Part shown: positions 24,144-33,267 of the stretch, piece after piece | Numbering within the stretch: position 1 is the first letter of the stretch | Layout: every line of letters begins with the position of its first letter | Assembly (NCBI GenBank): GCA_020632075.1 | Contig: JACKGH010000001.1 | Span: 1-40,132, forward strand | Origin: Candidatus Nomurabacteria bacterium | Lineage (GTDB): Bacteria; Patescibacteriota; Minisyncoccia; Phycocordibacterales; UBA918 | Reading direction: 5' to 3' | DNA: 40,132 nucleotides | Position numbers and translations under genes: made by a program | The notes under the pieces: generated by a model | Told to the model about the DNA's origin: nothing | The model's database searches: none | What the model saw: the letters and a program-made list of their open reading frames with translations, nothing else

Positions 24144-26855
24144 ATGCCGAATTTTCACAATTTCACAACTAAGGCGAAGGAGGCAATTAGAAAAGCACAC
24201 GAATTAGCGATCGAGCGCGGACAGAATCATGTGAGTCCAGTGCATCTTTTGACTGCACTTTCAATGCAAGACGAGAGTGCGGTGATCGCGATTTTAGATC
24301 GTCTAGACGTTGATGTGATTGCGTTCACTGATCTGCTTCTTGAGGCGCTTGAAATGCCAGAATCGCAATCGACGATCTCTCAGTCGTATCAGTTGTACCT
24401 CACACCAGAACTTGCAAAGGCGTTGGAATTCTCTGGTGCCTTCGCCGAGCAACTTGGCGATTCATATGTCGGCGTAGAACACCTTTTTGTAGCAGCGCTT
24501 GAGCACCCTGGTCCAGCGATCGAGATCATGCAGCGCACCGGTGTTGACAAGAATCGTGTGATCGAAGCGATCAAGGAACTTCGTGATAGCAACGTGTCAG
24601 ACGCCCAGTCGCCGAAAAAGTACCGCACGCTCACCAAGTACACCCGTAATCTCACTAAACTTGCCCAAGAGAACAAACTCGATCCAGTCATTGGTCGCGA
24701 TGTCGAAGTGCAGCGTGTGATCCAGATCCTTTCACGACGCACTAAGAACAACCCGGTCCTCATTGGTGAAGCGGGAGTAGGGAAGACTGCTATTGCAGAA
24801 GGACTCGCACAGCAGATCGTGATGGGGCAGGTGCCAGAATCAGTCAAAGAAAAAGAGATCCTTTCACTCGATCTCGGCCTTTTGGTGGCGGGTACGAAGT
24901 TTCGTGGTGAATTTGAAGAACGTCTCAAGGCCGTTATGAAAGAAGTGGAGCAAGGTGCTGGCCGATTTATTTTGTTTATTGATGAACTACATACGATCGT
25001 GGGGGCAGGTCAGGCCGATGGCTCAATGGATGCTTCAAATATGCTCAAGCCAGCGCTGGCTCGTGGTGAGATCCGCGTGATCGGCGCTACTACGCTAAAG
25101 GAATACCAGAAGTATATTGAACGCGACCCGGCTCTCACTCGTCGTTTTCAGCCAGTCTATGTAAATGAACCAACCCAAGAAGATGCGATCGCGATCTTGC
25201 GAGGACTTGCGGAAAAGTATGAGCTTTACCACGGTGTTCGCATCACTGATGATGCGATCGTGGCAGCGGTGAATCTTTCTTCTCGCTACATCACCGATCG
25301 TTTTCTTCCAGACAAGGCAGTCGACCTGATCGACGAAGCAGCATCTGCACTCCGTATATCACTTGAGAACAAACCTGAAGAATTGATCGAGACCGACCGA
25401 CTGATCCGTCGCCTGGAGATCGAGCGTGAGGCGCTCCGAAAAGAAGTCGAGACGACTGAACACAAGAAGAAAGTGAAAGATCGTATCAAGGAGATCGAGA
25501 AGGAAATCGGGGAATACAAAGAAACTACCTCAAACCTTGAAACTAAGTGGAATAATGAAAAAGAGGCGCTTGGTGAGATCAGTAAGCTCAAGAAAGAGCT
25601 TGAAGAGTTGCGTATGGAAGCTGATACAGCTGAGGCGACCGCAGACTTGATTCGTGCTGCTGAGATTCGCTACGATACTATCCCGACCGTACAAAAGGAA
25701 CTCGACGTGAAGCTCCGTCGCTTGAAGAAGTTGCAGCGCACTCGCAGGCTTCTCAAGGAAGAAGTAACCGAGGAAGAGATTGCTGGCGTGGTCTCACGTT
25801 GGACGGGTATCCCGGTTTCTCGCATGCTCGAAGCAGAGGTACAGAAACTTGCCCGTATGGAAGAAGTGCTGCATGAGAAGGTGATTGGTCAGGATGAAGC
25901 AGTAAAGCTCGTGTCAGACGCGATCAAGCGTTCACGAGCGGGTATTGCTGATCCGAATCGTCCGATTGGCTCATTCCTCTTTCTTGGACCGACTGGAGTG
26001 GGTAAGACTGAACTTTCACGCGCCCTTGCTGAGTTTATGTTCAATGATCCAGATTCGCTCGTGCGGATCGATATGTCTGAATTTATGGAGAAGCACTCAG
26101 TTTCTAAGATCATTGGTTCGCCGCCTGGCTATGTGGGACACGATGAAGGAGGTTCGATCACCGAGAAAGTACGCCATCGTCCGTACGCGGTGATCTTGCT
26201 TGACGAGATCGAAAAGGCACATCCTGAAGTGTTTAACATCCTCTTGCAGGTACTTGACTCGGGTCATTTGACTGACGCAAAAGGTCGCAAGGTGAACTTC
26301 AAGAACACGGTCATTATTATGACCTCAAACATCGGCGCGGAGCATATCAATCGCATGTCGAACTTTGGCTTTGCTGACGATCACGGTGAGGAAGCTCAAT
26401 TCGTGCAGGCGAAGGACAAGGTGATGGATAGTCTCAAGGAATATTTCCGACCAGAATTCCTTAATCGTCTTGATGAGATCATTACCTTTGAGCTGCTTTC
26501 ACAAGATGATCTGGCTAAGATCGTTGAGATCCAGGTCAATGATGTGGTAGCACGACTGGCGAAGAAGGAGATCGTACTTACAGTGACGCAGGAAGTAAAA
26601 GATTACTTGGCCAAGGAAGGATATGATCCAAAGTACGGCGCTCGACCACTACGTCGTGTGATCCAGAATAAGATTCTTACTCCAGTCGCTAATATGATGG
26701 TAGGGGAGGGAATGCTTCAAGGTGGTACGGTCAAAGTATCGCTAAAGAAGGGCGAGTTAGACTTCGATATAAAGAAAAAGGGCCGCCGCAACGCGGCGGC
26801 CCCAAAGAAGGCTGCTAAGACCACCGCCAAGAAACGCGAGGCAGTCACAGCATAA
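24144..26855 (+). CDS. clpB: ATP-dependent chaperone ClpB
   Basis: 903 aa. Clp N-domain, two AAA+ modules (GEAGVGKTA and GPTGVGKTE), and a long coiled-coil middle domain. Confidence 0.97.
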   Translation: MPNFHNFTTKAKEAIRKAHELAIERGQNHVSPVHLLTALSMQDESAVIAILDRLDVDVIAFTDLLLEALEMPESQSTISQSYQLYLTPELAKALEFSGAFAEQLGDSYVGVEHLFVAALEHPGPAIEIMQRTGVDKNRVIEAIKELRDSNVSDAQSPKKYRTLTKYTRNLTKLAQENKLDPVIGRDVEVQRVIQILSRRTKNNPVLIGEAGVGKTAIAEGLAQQIVMGQVPESVKEKEILSLDLGLLVAGTKFRGEFEERLKAVMKEVEQGAGRFILFIDELHTIVGAGQADGSMDASNMLKPALARGEIRVIGATTLKEYQKYIERDPALTRRFQPVYVNEPTQEDAIAILRGLAEKYELYHGVRITDDAIVAAVNLSSRYITDRFLPDKAVDLIDEAASALRISLENKPEELIETDRLIRRLEIEREALRKEVETTEHKKKVKDRIKEIEKEIGEYKETTSNLETKWNNEKEALGEISKLKKELEELRMEADTAEATADLIRAAEIRYDTIPTVQKELDVKLRRLKKLQRTRRLLKEEVTEEEIAGVVSRWTGIPVSRMLEAEVQKLARMEEVLHEKVIGQDEAVKLVSDAIKRSRAGIADPNRPIGSFLFLGPTGVGKTELSRALAEFMFNDPDSLVRIDMSEFMEKHSVSKIIGSPPGYVGHDEGGSITEKVRHRPYAVILLDEIEKAHPEVFNILLQVLDSGHLTDAKGRKVNFKNTVIIMTSNIGAEHINRMSNFGFADDHGEEAQFVQAKDKVMDSLKEYFRPEFLNRLDEIITFELLSQDDLAKIVEIQVNDVVARLAKKEIVLTVTQEVKDYLAKEGYDPKYGARPLRRVIQNKILTPVANMMVGEGMLQGGTVKVSLKKGELDFDIKKKGRRNAAAPKKAAKTTAKKREAVTA

Positions 26856-26869
26856 AGATAGACAAAAGA

Positions 26870-26912
26870 ACCAAAAGAAAACCACCAAAAGGTGGCTTTC
26901 TTTTGGTGGCAG
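26870..26912. terminator. bidirectional terminator between clpB and the convergent membrane-protein gene
   Basis: CCACCAAAAG-8 nt-CTTTTGGTGG, or alternatively CCACC-aaaa-GGTGG followed by CTTTCTTTT. Confidence 0.65.
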
Positions 26913-26915
26913 GTT

Positions 26916-27284
26916 TCATTTTTGCGGTCGCTTCATCAAGAAATTCAAGAGAAGATCAAGTAGACGTCGCAGTGCAGCCAGAAGTATCACCACAGTCAGG
27001 CCAAGCGAGAGGAATGGAATTGTTTCTGATAGCACCCACTCAATTGCACCGCTGGTTTCCGAGGGTGCAACAGGCCAAAGGTGATGAGTTATGCGAACCC
27101 AAGCATATCCGGCTCCAAGGCCAATCGGTGTGGCGGTCAAGAGACCGAACAGTACTTGCTCTTTCGTTGATCCTTGGCCGATCAAAATGATCTTGAAGGC
27201 TACCCAGATCGCAAAGATAAATGCGAATTGTACGGTCGCGACTGAGATCGCTTCGGGACTAACAGAGTCCATGTTGTTCTCCAA
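26916..27284 (-). CDS. hypothetical small membrane protein, 122 aa
   Basis: GGAGA SD 6 nt upstream, own TTGACT-17-TATCCT promoter, 3-4 TM helices. Confidence 0.6.
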   Translation of the reverse strand: MENNMDSVSPEAISVATVQFAFIFAIWVAFKIILIGQGSTKEQVLFGLLTATPIGLGAGYAWVRITHHLWPVAPSETSGAIEWVLSETIPFLSLGLTVVILLAALRRLLDLLLNFLMKRPQK

Positions 27285-27375
27285 TGGCGGAAATGTACTT
27301 TTGTGTCAGGATATGCCCTCGGTTGATCAAAGTCAATTCTTTGCCAAGCTTTCTAAAAAGAGAAAGGGTGCTTAT

Positions 27376-27418
27376 GTAAACAGAAACCGCTCAAACAGAA
27401 CGGTCTCCGTTTGAGCGG
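27376..27418 (-). terminator. intrinsic terminator of the 85-aa orphan gene
   Basis: Minus strand reads CCGCTCAAAC-12 nt-GTTTGAGCGG followed by TTTCTGTTT. Confidence 0.6.
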
Positions 27419-27431
27419 TGTGTTGATGATC

Positions 27432-27689
27432 TCAACCGAGACTGGCGAGTCCATCAGGGAAGAGTACTGAGGCGATGAAATGCATGAACGTCGGCTCGAA
27501 GTTGGGTTTCGTGTTTGCCTTCTGGAAATCACGGAAGCGTACCCAGAGGGCTTCACCCTTCTCGGGAACAGCTTCGAGAAAATCTTGCAGATGTTCGTCC
27601 CCGAGGGAACTTCTGGCGGCCGTGAATGCTGCCACGAGCCCGAAGATTCCGTCGGTCTTCTCTTCGATCAGTGCTTGCAGGTTGGACAT
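27432..27689 (-). CDS. hypothetical protein, 85 aa (GC-rich orphan cassette)
   Basis: GGAGA SD 6 nt upstream, own promoter and terminator. No family recognised. Confidence 0.55.
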   Translation of the reverse strand: MSNLQALIEEKTDGIFGLVAAFTAARSSLGDEHLQDFLEAVPEKGEALWVRFRDFQKANTKPNFEPTFMHFIASVLFPDGLASLG

Positions 27690-27748
27690 TACTGTCTCCT
27701 CAGTCAGATGGATTTATAAGAGCGCCTAAAACATGATTAGGTAACAAA

Positions 27749-27777
27749 ACAATACACTAAAAATAGTGTATTGTCAA
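27749..27777 (-). promoter_or_regulatory. sigma70-type promoter with an inverted repeat filling the spacer
   Basis: Minus strand reads TTGACA-17 nt-TATTGT. The spacer holds TACACTA-tttt-TAGTGTA (27753-27770), a possible operator. Confidence 0.5.
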
Positions 27778-27892
27778 GATCTGTGCACTGAAATGATGAA
27801 GGTTAGAACCAGTGTCATTGAGTCCGACTATGTGTTTTTTGCCTAGTTTTGTAAAAGGGTAATCCAAATGTTTTTGTGCTACTCTTTAGAAA

Positions 27893-28600
27893 ATGAACGA
27901 TATATTCGCTGAAGAGAATAGTAAGGAAACAAAACAGCCTCCGAAGAGTCTTATTTTTACTGTCGTAGCCGTCGTTATTGGTTCTGTTGTGGGAGGATTT
28001 GTTTACGACGCAGTTTTAAAAGAGGCGATTTTTGGTCCAGAACAAAAGCCCTATAGGGAGATAACGTACGATGAGCCAGTTAGTGACGACGGGAAAATTG
28101 TTTCTTCTGACGATCCTGATGGTTGGGTTTTGTACAGAACTGAAGATAGAGGTTTTGAAGTGCTGTTTCCAACTAAACCAGAATATCAGATGGGTTCTCA
28201 ACTCGTAGCGGGTACTGATGTCACTGTGAGAGTTCACATTTATTCTTCTGAGGCGGATAAACTCTTCTACGTGGTGGGGGCTAATACTATTCCTGTAGAT
28301 GATAACGAACCAATAGAGTGGGGTCGTACTGATTTAGACAATATGGTTCAAGGGACGTTGAACAATATTCCGTATGCTCGGGTAACAGGTAAGGAATATG
28401 TTGATTTTAATGGCATTGAAGCCGTTGACTTGAAAACAGTAGACGATCAGTTGGGTTACCACCTTCGATATTTCATGTTTGGTTACGGTGACAAAACTTA
28501 TTCACTTGGGGTTGTTTCAGAGGAGGGCGCTATCCCAGAAAGGGACTTCAAAAAGTTCACTGAGTCATTCAACTTAATTCATCAAGATTTAACTGATTAA
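27893..28600 (+). CDS. hypothetical membrane-anchored secreted protein, 235 aa
   Basis: One N-terminal TM helix followed by a beta-rich domain. TGCTACTCT lies 7 nt upstream of the ATG, with no SD. Confidence 0.65.
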   Translation: MNDIFAEENSKETKQPPKSLIFTVVAVVIGSVVGGFVYDAVLKEAIFGPEQKPYREITYDEPVSDDGKIVSSDDPDGWVLYRTEDRGFEVLFPTKPEYQMGSQLVAGTDVTVRVHIYSSEADKLFYVVGANTIPVDDNEPIEWGRTDLDNMVQGTLNNIPYARVTGKEYVDFNGIEAVDLKTVDDQLGYHLRYFMFGYGDKTYSLGVVSEEGAIPERDFKKFTESFNLIHQDLTD

Positions 28601-28630
28601 GTTCTAACCTTCAATCCTCCCTAACAAAAT

Positions 28631-28655
28631 TACCCCTATTTCTAGGGGTAATTTT
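28631..28655 (+). terminator. intrinsic terminator
   Basis: TACCCCTA-tttc-TAGGGGTA followed by ATTTT. Confidence 0.65.
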
Positions 28656-28660
28656 GGATG

Positions 28661-28743
28661 TGCGCCGAGTTGGATTCGAACCAACGTAGACATAAGTCAA
28701 CGGATTTACAGTCCGTCGCGATTGACCACTCCGCCATCGACGC
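28661..28743 (-). tRNA. tRNA-Tyr (anticodon GTA), long variable arm
   Basis: Acceptor GCGTCGA/TCGGCGC (one G-U pair), anticodon stem ACGGA/TCCGT, loop CTGTAAA, T-loop TTCGAAT. Confidence 0.9.
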
Positions 28744-28836
28744 AGGTCTATGTAATTGTGACTTGCTTAAACAAGTTGCACTAAAATACCACAACTGATT
28801 GCTTTTTCAAAGCCTCTGCATGGTATTATTTTGGTA

Positions 28837-29871
28837 ATGAAAAAATATTACATCCCATTTTTTGTGTTTGCGTTGTTGGTGGTGCCAACCGCCGCGTCAG
28901 CTGCTGGATTCATTCCTTGTGGTGGTGATGGACAGCCAGAGTGTCAGGCCTGCCATTTTGTTGAGTTGGGCAACAAGCTTATCGTTTGGCTTATCGGAAT
29001 TTTGATGGTGGTGTTTGCTTTTATCATGGCAACTGCTGGCTGGGGTCTAGTGACTTCTGGCGGGAATCCTCAAGCAAAGACCGCCGCAAAGGATAAGTTC
29101 ACCAATGCGATCATTGGTCTCGTGATCGTACTGGCTGCATGGCTGTTGATCGATACGCTCATGAAAATGCTTCTTACTCCTGGCGCAAAGAGTCTTACAA
29201 CGCTTGGTCCGTGGAATCAGGTTGAGTGTACCAAGCAACCAGAGGTCAAGGCTGCGACGGTGGCGTGGGGTGGTGATCCTGGTAGTTTGTATGGTAATTC
29301 AGAAGTAGTATCGACAGCAGTGTGTTTGACGGCGAACTGTGTCGACGAGATCGCAGCCTGTGAAGATAAAGGTTTGATTGCTGAACGAGACATTCCGACC
29401 AACAAGGTTAATTGCTGGGACATCAAGGTGGGGGCACCCGCTCCGCTTACCGGTACTCCGCCGATTGCGTGTAGTGGTGGTGAGTGTACTGACTTGACTG
29501 GTTTGGTACCTTGTAAGGCTGGTTCAGGCTGTTCGATTTCTCCAGATATGGCACTGAAACTGGCCGATTTTCACGCTGACGCTGCAGTGGCAGGGGCGCG
29601 TATTACAGAGGCTATGCCCCCAACTCGCACACACCGATCATCATGCCACACCGAAGGGACCTGTATTGACTACAGTAAGGTTGGTGGTATGACCCCAGCA
29701 GAGGTGAACAGTGTGATTGCGTCAGCTGTCGCAAACGACCTTCGTCCGGTGTATGAGGTTGGCACACCTGCTGAGAAGCAAGCTTTGGTTGACGGTGGTG
29801 TACCGGCTGAGTATATCAAGACACTCGGAAGTCATATTTCAGCACCACACTTCTCGATCTACGGATATTAG
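28837..29871 (+). CDS. secreted fusion protein: Cys-motif T4SS-pilin-like two-helix module plus a C-terminal H-x6-D...H (LAS/M15-like) putative peptidoglycan peptidase
   Basis: Signal peptide. The pilin-type segment reads CGGDGQPECQACHF...VTSGGNPQAK...LAAWLLIDTLMKMLL. The C-terminus has CHTEGTCID (His codon 29647-29649, Asp codon 29668-29670) and GSHISAPHFSIYGY. It is a paralog of the C-terminal third of the next gene. Confidence 0.8.
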   Translation: MKKYYIPFFVFALLVVPTAASAAGFIPCGGDGQPECQACHFVELGNKLIVWLIGILMVVFAFIMATAGWGLVTSGGNPQAKTAAKDKFTNAIIGLVIVLAAWLLIDTLMKMLLTPGAKSLTTLGPWNQVECTKQPEVKAATVAWGGDPGSLYGNSEVVSTAVCLTANCVDEIAACEDKGLIAERDIPTNKVNCWDIKVGAPAPLTGTPPIACSGGECTDLTGLVPCKAGSGCSISPDMALKLADFHADAAVAGARITEAMPPTRTHRSSCHTEGTCIDYSKVGGMTPAEVNSVIASAVANDLRPVYEVGTPAEKQALVDGGVPAEYIKTLGSHISAPHFSIYGY

Positions 29872-29891
29872 GAAAGAGGGAAAAGAAATAC

Positions 29892-29923
29892 AAAGGGCCG
29901 GGCGCTTCGCGCCCGGCCTTTTG
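29892..29923 (+). terminator. intrinsic terminator (GGCCGGGCGC family)
   Basis: GGCCGGGCGC-ttc-GCGCCCGGCC followed by TTTTG. An identical hairpin occurs at 33236-33258. Confidence 0.75.
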
Positions 29924-30030
29924 CGTTTGTTATGCTCACTTACTCACAATTTACACAAAAGTAAGTGCTATTATTTACAGTATGTACTTGTCAGTTCTAC
30001 TCACCGTAGTGCTCTTTAAAGATAATAGTT

Positions 30031-33000
30031 ATGTTCAGTATTAAAAACCTCTCTCGTATTATTGGTTTGATGACGCTCGTGTTACTGCTGGTGCCGTTTG
30101 CTGATGTGCAAGCTGCTTGTTCGCGCGGTGTCATAAGCGCAAATCCACAGAGCATTAGTGAAGGCATTGATTCACGGCTCACCTGGCTCATTAATGATGC
30201 GTACATCGGCATGGTAACTGGTGTAAACGTCACAGGGTTTGGTAGTGTCGGCCCGGCTGGTGCCCCAACGGTGAATCCGGCAGTGACGACCACTTACACC
30301 ATGACAGCTAGTTTTAACGACGGTGTAGTCGAGAGTTGTTCAGCTACGGTGTACGTGGGAGAGGAAGCTCCTGACTTTGGTAGTATTGAGCTGCTCGATC
30401 AGCTTTTTACGCCTGACTCTGAAAATCAATGGTTTAAGCCTTGGGATAGTCCGTATACAGAGGCTGATCTTAAATCAGATGATAATGGCCGCTTGGTAAA
30501 TGTAACCGTGCAGAATAAAGTGGTCGGTGCTGGTGAAGGTAGTATATACCCGATCTTCGTATTGAGAGATAGTCAAGGGACATTGGTTGATCTGGTATAC
30601 GGTGACATGGAAAAAGCGACACAGAAATACGTTTTTTCTGATGATGTGAATACGTATCCAGCCGGAACCCCCGTAGTGCAAAATGATGATGGAACGGTTA
30701 CTTCAGAATATAAGATACTCAAGACAGGTGAAGCGTATGAATTTACTGGAATGGCGTTTGATAAAACCCAGGTCGATCTGCCGCAGGTTTTTAATGTGAT
30801 CAATGAGATCACAGGTACTGGTGAGATCCCTGAAGGTGCTGGCTTACCACCACAGAGCACAGTATTCACAATGGTGCTTTCAAATGGTGGTGTGATACAG
30901 CCAGACGGTTCCGTGTGTCCTGATCCTGCGTGTGCAGTCAATGACGCTGACGGCATTCCTGCTGGACCGGGTGCCCCCGCAACCCCGATCGACCTGGCAG
31001 ACCCAGCTGATCCAGTAAACCCAGTGCAGCCGGCTCCAGCTCCCAATGTAACTCCGATGCAACAGATGGTACCGATCGGTGCTCCAAAACCGTGTGTTGA
31101 CCCAGGCTTTAATGGTTGGATGTGTCTTAAGTTGCGATATGGTGCAACCCCATACACAGTAACTGCTCGCTACAATCTGACTGCTGGAGGGCAGACTGAT
31201 ACGGTGATCTGGTTCTCGGGCGGCGGGGGTACAACAATTAATAGGACCGTTTCTGGCGGAGCCGCTGTGCAGGATAGATTGGCAGCTGAAAATGTACGCT
31301 CTATCGATATTCAATTCACAAATACAGATCCAGATATCTGGAGTAGTGGTACTCTCAATCCGACGTTGGCTGGGCTGCCTGACAAGTCTGCCTTGGTTGC
31401 TTCCATTACAGATTACTTAGTTGATAATGGTTTCACGGCTGGAAAAAAAGCTAAAATTGCAGCCGGTAGCTTTGGTACATTGCTTACAAGTTATGCTCTT
31501 GCGTACCATGGTCTTGAGAGTAATGTCGACGAGGTCGTGCTGTCTTCAGGTCCGATGGGATTCAGTTTTTCTCAGGAATTGCATGATGTAAGTTCCCCAA
31601 TATATCTTGATCCTTCTGTTAAGCTGGGTCCAACTCCGGTGGTTGATATTGTTAAAGCAGCTAATGCCTGGAATGTGATACCTGCTTGTAATCCGGGAGT
31701 GACACCGTGTCCAGAGAACGACGCTGTCTCAATGTTTGATGCTACGGGAGTACCGTTTCCTGGCGTTGATGTTGTGTATCCGGGAGTGGAAGTCCATACA
31801 ATTTTGGGAGGGAAAGACGTGCCATGGTTTTTGGCTTCAAATGCATATTGGAATGTGCGTATAAGTGCAGCAGCACGAACAACAGATATATTTCCAAGTC
31901 TTGGTCACGATTTATACTTCAATAGTGACGTACAAGATTTGGTTGTAAATTATTTAGTGGCAATGAGCCCGAGCGATCCGATCAACCCCGCTAATCCAGC
32001 CAACCCCGCCAACCCCGCTAATCCAGCCAACCCCGCCAACCCCGCTAATCCAGCCAACCCAGGAGACTCTGCGAATCCTGCCAACCCTGGAGACCCTGCA
32101 AACCCAGTCAATCCTGGAGATCCAGCGCCAGTGCCGCTCGCGCCAGATCCTTCGATTGCGCTTAACAATAGCTCTTTTTCAAGTGTCTCTTCTTTGCCTC
32201 CTGCTCCACCGGTAGGGAGTGCGCCCGCTGATGGAGGATTAGTCCCTTGTGGTGGTCCAGGTGAGGAGCCGTGTAAAAGCTGTCATGTGGTACAGCTTGT
32301 GAACAATGTTTCTAAGTGGTTGGTCGGGATCATGATGATTGTCTTTGCGATCATGGTGGTTGTCTCTGGTATCTTGCTTACTTCGTCAACCGGTAATCCT
32401 GAAATGAAGGTTGCAACGAGGCGTCGTATTGCCAATGCTGCGGTGGGCCTCATTATTGTGCTGGCGGCTTGGATACTAATTGATACGGTCATGAAAATAT
32501 TGCTTAAGACCGGTCCAGGAAGCTTGGGTCCATGGAACGAGATCCAGTGTACAGTACAGCCGCTCGTGAATGATGCAATGTACGCTTGGGGCGGTGATCC
32601 AAGTAACCTGTATGGAAACTCTTCAGTGATCGATACTACACTTTGTGCTGCCGGTGCGGGTGGGAACACTGACTGTGAAGCTTTGATCAATAATTGTCAG
32701 CGTAGTGGCTATACACCGACAGTTGATAAGAGCAATCCGGCAAATTACGTTGTGAACTGTATTGAATTGCGTGTTGGTTCTCCAGCCCCTCTGCCAGGAG
32801 CAACGCCAGTTTCGTGTTCTGGTAGTGAGTGTACACCACTTGATCCAGCAATGTGTAAGGATCTGAATAGTTGCTCGATCTCACCTGACCTGCAACCGAA
32901 GCTCGATAGTATGCATACCGCAGTTGCTGCACTTGGTGGTCGTGTTTCTGAGGCTATGCCACCGACGTACAATCATATTTCAAAGTGTCACAACAATGGT

Positions 33001-33213
33001 ACTTGTATTGATTACAGTAAGGTTGGTGGTTTCGATGCTGGTGAAATCAATGCAGTGATTGCGGCAGCAGTAGCGAATGATCTTCGACCAGTGTATGAAG
33101 TGCATACTGAGGCTGATAAAAAAGTGCTCGTAGAAGCAGGTGTGCCAGCTGAGTACATTGTTTCGCTTGGCAGTCACATTTCTGCACCGCACTTCTCGAT
33201 CTACGGATATTAG
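30031..33213 (+). CDS. 1060-aa secreted mosaic surface protein (Ig-like, alpha/beta-hydrolase-like, PANPAN linker, internal pilin module, LAS/M15-like peptidase)
   Basis: Signal peptide ending VQA. The motif AGSFG (Ser codon 31468-31470) and GHDLYF (His codon 31906-31908) suggest a Ser/His hydrolase. The pilin module is at about 32233-32508 (CGGPGEEPCKSCH...STGNPEMK...). The C-terminus carries CHNNGTCID...GSHISAPHFSIYGY. Confidence 0.85.
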   Translation: MFSIKNLSRIIGLMTLVLLLVPFADVQAACSRGVISANPQSISEGIDSRLTWLINDAYIGMVTGVNVTGFGSVGPAGAPTVNPAVTTTYTMTASFNDGVVESCSATVYVGEEAPDFGSIELLDQLFTPDSENQWFKPWDSPYTEADLKSDDNGRLVNVTVQNKVVGAGEGSIYPIFVLRDSQGTLVDLVYGDMEKATQKYVFSDDVNTYPAGTPVVQNDDGTVTSEYKILKTGEAYEFTGMAFDKTQVDLPQVFNVINEITGTGEIPEGAGLPPQSTVFTMVLSNGGVIQPDGSVCPDPACAVNDADGIPAGPGAPATPIDLADPADPVNPVQPAPAPNVTPMQQMVPIGAPKPCVDPGFNGWMCLKLRYGATPYTVTARYNLTAGGQTDTVIWFSGGGGTTINRTVSGGAAVQDRLAAENVRSIDIQFTNTDPDIWSSGTLNPTLAGLPDKSALVASITDYLVDNGFTAGKKAKIAAGSFGTLLTSYALAYHGLESNVDEVVLSSGPMGFSFSQELHDVSSPIYLDPSVKLGPTPVVDIVKAANAWNVIPACNPGVTPCPENDAVSMFDATGVPFPGVDVVYPGVEVHTILGGKDVPWFLASNAYWNVRISAAARTTDIFPSLGHDLYFNSDVQDLVVNYLVAMSPSDPINPANPANPANPANPANPANPANPANPGDSANPANPGDPANPVNPGDPAPVPLAPDPSIALNNSSFSSVSSLPPAPPVGSAPADGGLVPCGGPGEEPCKSCHVVQLVNNVSKWLVGIMMIVFAIMVVVSGILLTSSTGNPEMKVATRRRIANAAVGLIIVLAAWILIDTVMKILLKTGPGSLGPWNEIQCTVQPLVNDAMYAWGGDPSNLYGNSSVIDTTLCAAGAGGNTDCEALINNCQRSGYTPTVDKSNPANYVVNCIELRVGSPAPLPGATPVSCSGSECTPLDPAMCKDLNSCSISPDLQPKLDSMHTAVAALGGRVSEAMPPTYNHISKCHNNGTCIDYSKVGGFDAGEINAVIAAAVANDLRPVYEVHTEADKKVLVEAGVPAEYIVSLGSHISAPHFSIYGY
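31975..32125 (+). repeat. in-frame tandem repeat encoding (PAN)n / PANPGD
   Basis: The 27-bp unit AACCCCGCTAATCCAGCCAACCCCGCC occurs at 31984-32010 and again at 32011-32037. A third partial copy follows, then degenerate PANPGD units. Confidence 0.9.
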
Positions 33214-33231
33214 AGACAAAAGCTGAAACAC

Positions 33232-33263
33232 AAAAGGCCGGGCGCTTCGCGCCCGGCCTTTTG
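33232..33263 (+). terminator. intrinsic terminator (GGCCGGGCGC family)
   Basis: GGCCGGGCGC-ttc-GCGCCCGGCC followed by TTTTG. Confidence 0.75.
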
Positions 33264-33267
33264 TGTT

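Noticed and set aside
31975-32125. A CRISPR-like array, since there are regular short repeats.
   Set aside because: The repeats are contiguous 9/27-bp in-frame coding units with no spacers, and they lie inside a long ORF. No cas genes are present.
28837-33213. A diversity-generating retroelement (VR/TR pair), given the two similar C-terminal regions.
   Set aside because: No reverse transcriptase ORF lies in the window. The two copies differ throughout at all base types, and at roughly half of the residues, rather than at adenine-specific sites in a short variable region.
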